From: a virus
IMG/VR virus record: IMGVR_UViG_3300006111_000001
Length of the DNA: 59,891 nt
Strand: one strand, 5' to 3'
The translations under genes and the position numbers were made by a program. The notes beneath the pieces were generated by a model. The model did not search any database. It saw only the letters and a list, made by a program, of their open reading frames with translations, and was not told the origin of the DNA. Shown in pieces: positions 54,389 through 59,891 of the stretch; the first letter of the stretch is position 1; each line of letters opens with the position of its first letter.

Positions 54389-54652
54389 ATGCGTTATGTT
54401 CTTGAGGGTGAATGGAGCGGATACGTAAGCGCCCAACAAAAGGTGCATCATCGGGAAATTGTGCCCGCATCTTTGGTTAAGGATATGCGACTGCACACAA
54501 TCCAATTTACCGATGGAACTTATTTGAGGATTAAGTGTTGGGAAGCCAAGCCGCGTGAACGCATTGAAACCAAAGACCAGTATGGCCGGTTGATACGTGA
54601 CGCAATTCGGATTGGCAAACCTTTTGTCACCGTCAGCGAACTCAAGCAATAA
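54389..54652 (+). CDS. Hypothetical protein
   Basis: 87 aa; preceded by the conserved TAA-AAAGGCCC-N5-ATG junction. Confidence 0.4.
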   Translation: MRYVLEGEWSGYVSAQQKVHHREIVPASLVKDMRLHTIQFTDGTYLRIKCWEAKPRERIETKDQYGRLIRDAIRIGKPFVTVSELKQ

Positions 54653-54663
54653 AGGCCCGCTCC

Positions 54664-55182
54664 ATGCGCGACATTCACAAAGACATTGGCGAAAAGCTAA
54701 AAGCAACGCTTGATGCTGCAATAGGCGAGACTGCGCTTAAAGCCGTCAAAGAAAAGACAAAAGAAATTATCCAAGAAATTGAAGATGATCTTGAATACCG
54801 CGTCAAAGATGATCTGGCTTACAATTTGGTCGAATATGTGGCCGATATGGCAAACAAAACAATTGACGCTTTATTGCGCGGCAATGAAAACGAAATGCGC
54901 CGGTATCTTGGTTGCGAACGTGGCGCTTGGACAGGTCGAAGCGATGCCGATGTATGTGGTGCCAAGCGTCCAGACGATCAATGGCACCAAGTCATAAACG
55001 GCACCTTGTCCGAATATGGCGGCTTAGATTTACGGCGCAAAATCGCAGATGCTTACGCCGATCTTATCAAAAATGAGCGCATTCTTGATTTGGAAAATCA
55101 GGTGAAATGCCTTGTTGCCCAGGTTAATAAATTGGAAGCCCAAAAACGTGACATTTGGGAACGCCGTGGCGAATACGCTTAA
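54664..55182 (+). CDS. Hypothetical coiled-coil protein
   Basis: 172 aa; preceded by the conserved AAAGGCCC junction. Confidence 0.4.
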   Translation: MRDIHKDIGEKLKATLDAAIGETALKAVKEKTKEIIQEIEDDLEYRVKDDLAYNLVEYVADMANKTIDALLRGNENEMRRYLGCERGAWTGRSDADVCGAKRPDDQWHQVINGTLSEYGGLDLRRKIADAYADLIKNERILDLENQVKCLVAQVNKLEAQKRDIWERRGEYA

Positions 55183-55204
55183 CCCTAGAATAAAGGCCCC
55201 GACT

Positions 55205-55456
55205 ATGACCTTATCAGATTTAGTTGACCAAGCATCCGATCTTGCCGCAGACCTGCACAACAAGGCCGCATTGATTGAGCGCGGTAAAGCCAATCTTAAC
55301 CTAAGCGGCGATGCGGATCATTCCGTGATCCAAGCGTTTACATCACTGGCAACGGCGGCGGCTGCAATGGCAAACGCTTTGATAATGCAAAGCGCATTGA
55401 CCAAGCAAAAAGCCGACAATGACGCAATCCGCGCCACCCTCAAAGCTAAACAATAA
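55205..55456 (+). CDS. Hypothetical protein
   Basis: 84 aa from ATG at 55205 (in frame within track ORF 55112..55456); preceded by AAAGGCCCCGACT. Confidence 0.35.
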   Translation: MTLSDLVDQASDLAADLHNKAALIERGKANLNLSGDADHSVIQAFTSLATAAAAMANALIMQSALTKQKADNDAIRATLKAKQ

Positions 55457-55467
55457 AGGCCCAGACC

Positions 55468-55650
55468 ATGATCCGCAGACGCGCCAAAATCACCATTACG
55501 GTATCCGTTGATTTGGATGATGTGCCGGGTGCTTACTACCAGCCCGAAGATTGGGTGCAAATGATGACAGGTGAAATTTTGTCTCGCGCCAATCACTATA
55601 ACCCAAAACTTGAAGCCACTGACATTGAAGTCAGTCGCATCACTCAATAA
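55468..55650 (+). CDS. Hypothetical protein
   Basis: 60 aa; preceded by AAAGGCCCAGACC. Confidence 0.35.
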   Translation: MIRRRAKITITVSVDLDDVPGAYYQPEDWVQMMTGEILSRANHYNPKLEATDIEVSRITQ

Positions 55651-55661
55651 GGCCCCGCGCT

Positions 55662-56834
55662 TTGATTCGCTCATTCAACTACATCCCAGCGCGTGCAGCC
55701 GGTCAAATTTTGTTTGACGGATTCCCATATCAATCCGCGATTGAGTGGCCCAATTTCATTCATGGCCAATGTCAAAACATTCAAGCCAATGGTCAGCCCG
55801 ATCAATTTGGATGGCGATACAAAACCATTGACGGCACCCCTTACCTTTTGGCCGATGACCCATTTGTGGTCAAATTAAAAAACGCAATGGTTCAGCGCGT
55901 CAATTTTGGTCAAGACCGCTGGCACGTTGCCGTCAGCCCAGGGGTTTGTATTGAAGAAACCTATTATTCGGGCGAATGGTTTAACCGTTTTTGCGGTCAA
56001 ACCATGAGAATCCCCACCAATGCCGGATCGTTTGACGTGCATGTCATGGAAGATATTGCGCCAGAGTCGGTGTCATCCGTCCCCAGCGTATTATTGGCTC
56101 ATCAATGGGACACGAATTATGCGCATTGCCTAATGGAAACCGTGGGAAAATTGTTTTTAGCAGAACATTGGGACGATCATTTGCCGCAGCTAATCTGGAA
56201 CCCGACAACCCCATATCAGCGCGAGATTGCGGATTTGCTATCAATCAAATACGTTCCGCAAACCCAAAAAGCCGTTCAATACGATGAATTATATGTCATT
56301 TCCCAATTTGCCCATAACGGGATTTGCGCGGAACAGTTCAAACAAATCCGCGCGCTGTTTCAACAAAGGCTTTGCGACAAAATCCCTTATTTCTCAAATC
56401 CCCCAGTTACATCAGGCAACAAGCGCATTCTGATTTCCAGAAACGACGCCACCAGCCGCCGTATTGCTAATGAATCAAACATAATGACCGCCCTGGCTCC
56501 CATGGGCTTTGAGCGTGTCACGTTGAGCAATTTAAGCGTGCTCGACCAGGCCAAGCTATTTCATTCAGCATCAATCATTGTGGCGCCACACGGCGCCGGA
56601 TTAATGAATATGCTGTTTGCCAGCCCCAGCACCGCCTTGATTGAAATTGCCCCCGAATCCTACCAGCACCCTTTGTTCTGGTACGTCGCCAAGTGGTTGG
56701 GCCATTGGTACGGGCGAATCATCACCCCGGATCACGGTTCCGAAAAAGACATGATTGTTGACATTGCGGCGGTTAAAAACGCCATTGACGCCGCCATATC
56801 GTCTAAAAGTGTACGGTCATCACTTGTTGCATAG
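55662..56834 (+). CDS. Glycosyltransferase, GT61/DUF563-like
   Basis: 390 aa; C-terminal …RILISRNDATSRRIANESNIMTALAPMGFERVTL…LFHSASIIVAPHGAGLMNMLFASP… resembles the DUF563/GT61 core. Confidence 0.55.
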   Translation: MIRSFNYIPARAAGQILFDGFPYQSAIEWPNFIHGQCQNIQANGQPDQFGWRYKTIDGTPYLLADDPFVVKLKNAMVQRVNFGQDRWHVAVSPGVCIEETYYSGEWFNRFCGQTMRIPTNAGSFDVHVMEDIAPESVSSVPSVLLAHQWDTNYAHCLMETVGKLFLAEHWDDHLPQLIWNPTTPYQREIADLLSIKYVPQTQKAVQYDELYVISQFAHNGICAEQFKQIRALFQQRLCDKIPYFSNPPVTSGNKRILISRNDATSRRIANESNIMTALAPMGFERVTLSNLSVLDQAKLFHSASIIVAPHGAGLMNMLFASPSTALIEIAPESYQHPLFWYVAKWLGHWYGRIITPDHGSEKDMIVDIAAVKNAIDAAISSKSVRSSLVA

Positions 56835-56889
56835 CTAAAAAGGCATCAAGGTAAATAAAAACGCCTTTTAACCCCTTGGAGTAACGACA

Positions 56890-57378
56890 ATGAAAAACGC
56901 CCTATTAGCTTTATTGGCCCTAATGTTTATTGCACCCCCAGCCATGGCCGGAGGAACGCCGTGTCAAATGTTCGCCGGGTATTTTCGCTGTAACGGCGGC
57001 AATCAGGCTTTATGGGTGCCAAATTCCGGCCTGTATTGGAACCCCAGCGAAGGCGGTACAAGCTGGACCATCCAACAATCCACCAATGGCCACACAATCC
57101 TGATTTCTGGCCTTGGATGGAGCGATACCGGCAACGGCAATGCAGATTGGTATTTGGCCAGACTAGAGCCGGTTGACACCGAAACGGCGCCTAACGTTTA
57201 TACGTCAACGTCAACAATTCAGTGCATCGGCGGTCAAGGTCTGTCATCGCCCAATTATCTTGCGCCCAATTGCGTTTTGACCGGCAAATCCATTTCGCTA
57301 ACGCTGGAAAGCACAACGGCTGGCACTTTGGTTTACGGCACCAGAACCAGCCACGTTGAAAATTACGTCAATTTTTAG
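56890..57378 (+). CDS. Secreted protein (signal peptide)
   Basis: 162 aa; MKNALLALLALMFIAPPAMAGG leader; last gene of the plus-strand accessory operon. Confidence 0.45.
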   Translation: MKNALLALLALMFIAPPAMAGGTPCQMFAGYFRCNGGNQALWVPNSGLYWNPSEGGTSWTIQQSTNGHTILISGLGWSDTGNGNADWYLARLEPVDTETAPNVYTSTSTIQCIGGQGLSSPNYLAPNCVLTGKSISLTLESTTAGTLVYGTRTSHVENYVNF

Positions 57379-57640
57379 TCCGGCAATTGGCTTCGACATT
57401 ACGATTGTGAATAACCGCCCATTGCTTTTCCGAACGCGTCCATCTTGATTCAAAATCTGAATCAGGATGGACTTCGGAAAGCCACCCGCACGCAGTTGGA
57501 TTAGGCGCCGGATTTTCCGCGCAACTCGCTGTCAAGATCAGCGTCAGACATGCGCCGCACATCATCATGAATGATTTGAGCATTTCGATCCTCCGCAACA
57601 GCGGATTGCAAATCAACCGCTTGTTGTTCAATTCGGCCAT
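57368..57640 (-). CDS. Lipoprotein, o-spanin-like (overlapping the i-spanin-like gene)
   Basis: Lipobox-like …LILTASC…, Pro-rich; overlaps 57501..57734 in another frame as in Rz/Rz1 pairs; likely starts at an internal Met. Confidence 0.4.
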   Translation of the reverse strand: MAELNNKRLICNPLLRRIEMLKSFMMMCGACLTLILTASCAENPAPNPTACGWLSEVHPDSDFESRWTRSEKQWAVIHNRNVEANCRTKN

Positions 57641-57734
57641 GATCCCTTAATCCCTTGTCTCGAACCATATCAACAATCTTCGCCCCTATGGACGACACGA
57701 TGGTCGAGACAAGGGATAAAAGGGCTTCAATCAT
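57501..57734 (-). CDS. i-spanin-like protein (N-terminal TM plus charged helical segment)
   Basis: 77 aa; MIEALLSLVSTIVSSIGAKIV hydrophobic N-terminus then charged helix. Confidence 0.4.
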   Translation of the reverse strand: MIEALLSLVSTIVSSIGAKIVDMVRDKGLRDHGRIEQQAVDLQSAVAEDRNAQIIHDDVRRMSDADLDSELRGKSGA

Positions 57735-58084
57735 TGACCAGCCGTTTGTTGCGCGCCATGGGCTTGAGCAATGGCCGTTGACAGAGCAACCGCCAGTGAC
57801 GCCGCCCCAGCCTTTACACCCGCCGCAACCGCCGCTTTAGCCGTGCTGGACGCCGCATCGCCAATGGCTTGAGCCGCAGCATGCAAATCAGTCGGATTGC
57901 TGGCAACCGCTTGAATGGCCGAAGTGGCAAATTGTTCCGCAAACGGAATCAATGTGGCCACTTCGGCGTGTTCAATTTGAGAAACAGCATCGGTCACAAA
58001 CGGCTCGACAGCCTTGTGAAACCATTGTGAAAACCAAGACATATTAAACCCCGTTTGTTTGAAGGGATTGAGGATCAATTTCAC
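57731..58084 (-). CDS. Hypothetical Ala-rich protein in lysis cassette
   Basis: 117 aa. Confidence 0.35.
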   Translation of the reverse strand: MKLILNPFKQTGFNMSWFSQWFHKAVEPFVTDAVSQIEHAEVATLIPFAEQFATSAIQAVASNPTDLHAAAQAIGDAASSTAKAAVAAGVKAGAASLAVALSTAIAQAHGAQQTAGQ

Positions 58085-58355
58085 GGATTAACTTGCGCCG
58101 GATGGCATCCACCAACGGCACCAAAGACGCCCCCACAATCAGCGCCACTTCATCGCCAGGCACAACCAATTGACCGGCGCTCAGGCAATGAATGACCCAT
58201 TGCAACACAAGCCCAGCGCCAGCCGTGGACATGGCAACAGCGGACGTGGAAGTATTTTGACTGGTGTTCATAACATTACCCTGATAAAGCCGACGCAGCC
58301 GCTTGAGCAAGCTGATTATCGGTATATGGATCAGACCCGTTTTCGTGATGGACAA
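58044..58355 (-). CDS. Hypothetical membrane protein
   Basis: 103-aa track ORF with hydrophobic helices; overlaps neighbours, start uncertain. Confidence 0.3.
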   Translation of the reverse strand: MSITKTGLIHIPIISLLKRLRRLYQGNVMNTSQNTSTSAVAMSTAGAGLVLQWVIHCLSAGQLVVPGDEVALIVGASLVPLVDAIRRKLIREIDPQSLQTNGV

Positions 58356-58710
58356 TGGCGCGCGTCAACGGGATCAAAACCAATTGAGACGACAAATTCA
58401 CATATTCATCCGGTCCGCATCCGGTCAAATTGCACACATCGCTTTTATATGCCTCAGTGTCATTTTCCGATGGGGGCGCCCATCGATCAATTGCGCCAGA
58501 AATCGTATTAATGCCGTGCAGCACTTGATAATTTTTCAACGTAATCATCAGCGCCCGCAAACCATCTTCCGGCGTATCAAATTCGCAAAATTGATCGTCG
58601 GAACCCGGCACCACTTGCCCTTTCCAAATGGTTTTGGAAAGTTTGATATTGCCAGGATTGTTTAATCGAATGCCGCGCGCGGTCATTTTTTGATCCATCG
58701 TTTTTCGCAA
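58276..58710 (-). CDS. Lysis-cassette protein, candidate endolysin/cell-wall hydrolase
   Basis: 144 aa; conserved-looking N-terminal …RGIRLNNPGNIK… motif; flanked by holin-like and spanin-like genes. Enzymatic class not recognised with confidence. Confidence 0.35.
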   Translation of the reverse strand: MRKTMDQKMTARGIRLNNPGNIKLSKTIWKGQVVPGSDDQFCEFDTPEDGLRALMITLKNYQVLHGINTISGAIDRWAPPSENDTEAYKSDVCNLTGCGPDEYVNLSSQLVLIPLTRAIVHHENGSDPYTDNQLAQAAASALSG

Positions 58711-58901
58711 ATACGATAAACCCCGTGAACCGCAATAATCGCGCCACCAATGGCGCCAATTCCGTGCGCAACCCCCAACGTGCTTTCGACAAAATCATGC
58801 CATGTCGGCAACGTCATTAGAATGAATCCTAACGCGGCCTCAAGCGCACCGTGCAGCTCAGTCTTATGGTCCATTTCCCCATTACTCCAATACCGTGACA
58901 T
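58683..58901 (-). CDS. Holin-like small membrane protein
   Basis: 72 aa with two hydrophobic helices (…ALGFILMTLPTW… and …GIGAIGGAIIAVHGV…) and basic C-terminus. Confidence 0.4.
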   Translation of the reverse strand: MSRYWSNGEMDHKTELHGALEAALGFILMTLPTWHDFVESTLGVAHGIGAIGGAIIAVHGVYRICEKRWIKK

Positions 58902-58907
58902 GATTTT

Positions 58908-59759
58908 TTACCAAAAGATTGCCGCGTAACCCGCTGTTGCGTTACCACCTGATTGCGCGCTTGTACCAGCAGCGGCACCACCGCCACCACCACCATATCC
59001 AGAAGCATTACCGCCCGCTGCACCAGCGGCAGTAGCGTTGGCTCCATCGCCACCTTTGCCTAAGTACCCACCACCACCACCACCACCAGCCGTGCCGGAA
59101 GCTGCGCCCGATCCCCCCAAAGATGAACTTGAAAATAATGAGGCTGCACCATAGCCGCCTTGATAGACTGTACCTGAGTTGCGTTGACCAGCACCACCAC
59201 CACCTGGATAACCGCCGTCAGTAGAAGTGGTTGATCCAGAATAAATACCGCCCGGACCGCCACCACCAGACATGCCCCCTGGATAAACAAGCGCTTTATT
59301 AAGGCCACCACCGGCTGAGTAAGTAACACCACCAACAACTAACGTGGTAGCTGTGCCATTACCGCCAATTGCACCACTTGCAGCAGCGCCAGCAGCGCCA
59401 ATTGTTATGGTTGCACTAGACCCAATGTAGACGGGGAAAAATTCAACGCCACCAGCACCACCGCCGCCGCCGCCCTCTGTTCCACTTGCAGGGGTGCCAT
59501 TGCCAGCAGCACCCCCGCCAACAAGTAAAACGTAATAAACGCCATACCCTTTGCCTTGCGTGACCGGATTAAATGTCCCGCTTGCCGTGTAGGCAACTTG
59601 ATAATTAAGACCGCTTAGGCCAATAAATGCTTTGCCAGCAGCGGGACCCGCCCCAGGCGCAACATTCAACGGCGTTGCAACCGCAAAGCCTAACTGACCA
59701 ATTGCGAATAAAAGCGCAATTAATCCAAAGCGAAGATTCTTAAGCATTTTAGAAATCAC
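58908..59759 (-). CDS. Glycine-rich fibre-module protein with signal-peptide-like N-terminus
   Basis: 283 aa; MISKMLKNLRFGLIALLFAIGQLGFAVA leader; long poly-Gly/Ala/Ser tracts; precedes the lysis cassette. Confidence 0.5.
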   Translation of the reverse strand: MISKMLKNLRFGLIALLFAIGQLGFAVATPLNVAPGAGPAAGKAFIGLSGLNYQVAYTASGTFNPVTQGKGYGVYYVLLVGGGAAGNGTPASGTEGGGGGGAGGVEFFPVYIGSSATITIGAAGAAASGAIGGNGTATTLVVGGVTYSAGGGLNKALVYPGGMSGGGGPGGIYSGSTTSTDGGYPGGGGAGQRNSGTVYQGGYGAASLFSSSSLGGSGAASGTAGGGGGGGYLGKGGDGANATAAGAAGGNASGYGGGGGGAAAGTSAQSGGNATAGYAAIFW

Positions 59760-59771
59760 CGCAAACAGAGG

Positions 59772-59891
59772 TCAGATTGATATAGGTTGACGTGGAAACG
59801 GTCGGAGTCGCCGTCAACGTATCGCCGCTTTTCAAAAACAAATATGGATTTCCATAATTGTCCAATGGCAAACCCTGCCAAGTTGCAGAAT
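59772..59891. repeat. Terminal direct repeat, right copy (identical to 1..120)
   Basis: Exact 120-nt match to window start; implies a unit genome of ~59771 bp. Confidence 0.9.

Overview
The window looks like a complete, circularly closed temperate phage genome of about 59.77 kb (bases 1..120 are repeated exactly at 59772..59891), most likely from an alphaproteobacterial host. The host inference rests on phage-encoded homologs of GapR and GcrA. All calls are from reading the translated ORFs and DNA by eye; no database search or computation was run. Layout: (i) a long minus-strand late operon running from ~33.9 kb down through position 1 and wrapping to 59.76->57.37 kb: small terminase, a large terminase split by an HNH endonuclease gene, portal, a ~5.5 kb cargo insertion (tandem glycosyltransferase, metallophosphoesterase), scaffold-like and capsid-like genes, a T7-like gp11-gp16-like tail/internal-protein series, several signal-peptide-bearing G/S/T-rich fibre proteins, then a lysis cassette. 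(ii) A minus-strand early operon (42.4->34 kb): Cro-like, GapR-like, RusA, a C5 cytosine methyltransferase with an odd two-frame structure, an SNF2-like helicase, an N4/N6 methyltransferase, a DnaA-domain-IV-like protein, DUF1376-like and GcrA-like proteins. (iii) A plus-strand arm (42.5->51.4 kb): CI-like repressor, lipoprotein, pentapeptide-repeat protein, PD-(D/E)XK nuclease, RecA-like ATPase, SSB, MazG-like, excisionase-like and tyrosine integrase, next to a tRNA 3'-end fragment (probable attP). (iv) An apparently AT-richer accessory region (51.4-57.4 kb) with a T5orf172-like protein, a serine recombinase lacking its catalytic serine, and a GT61-like glycosyltransferase operon. No T7-type RNA or DNA polymerase, rRNA, full tRNA or CRISPR array was seen. 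Many small ORFs remain hypothetical and start codons are approximate.
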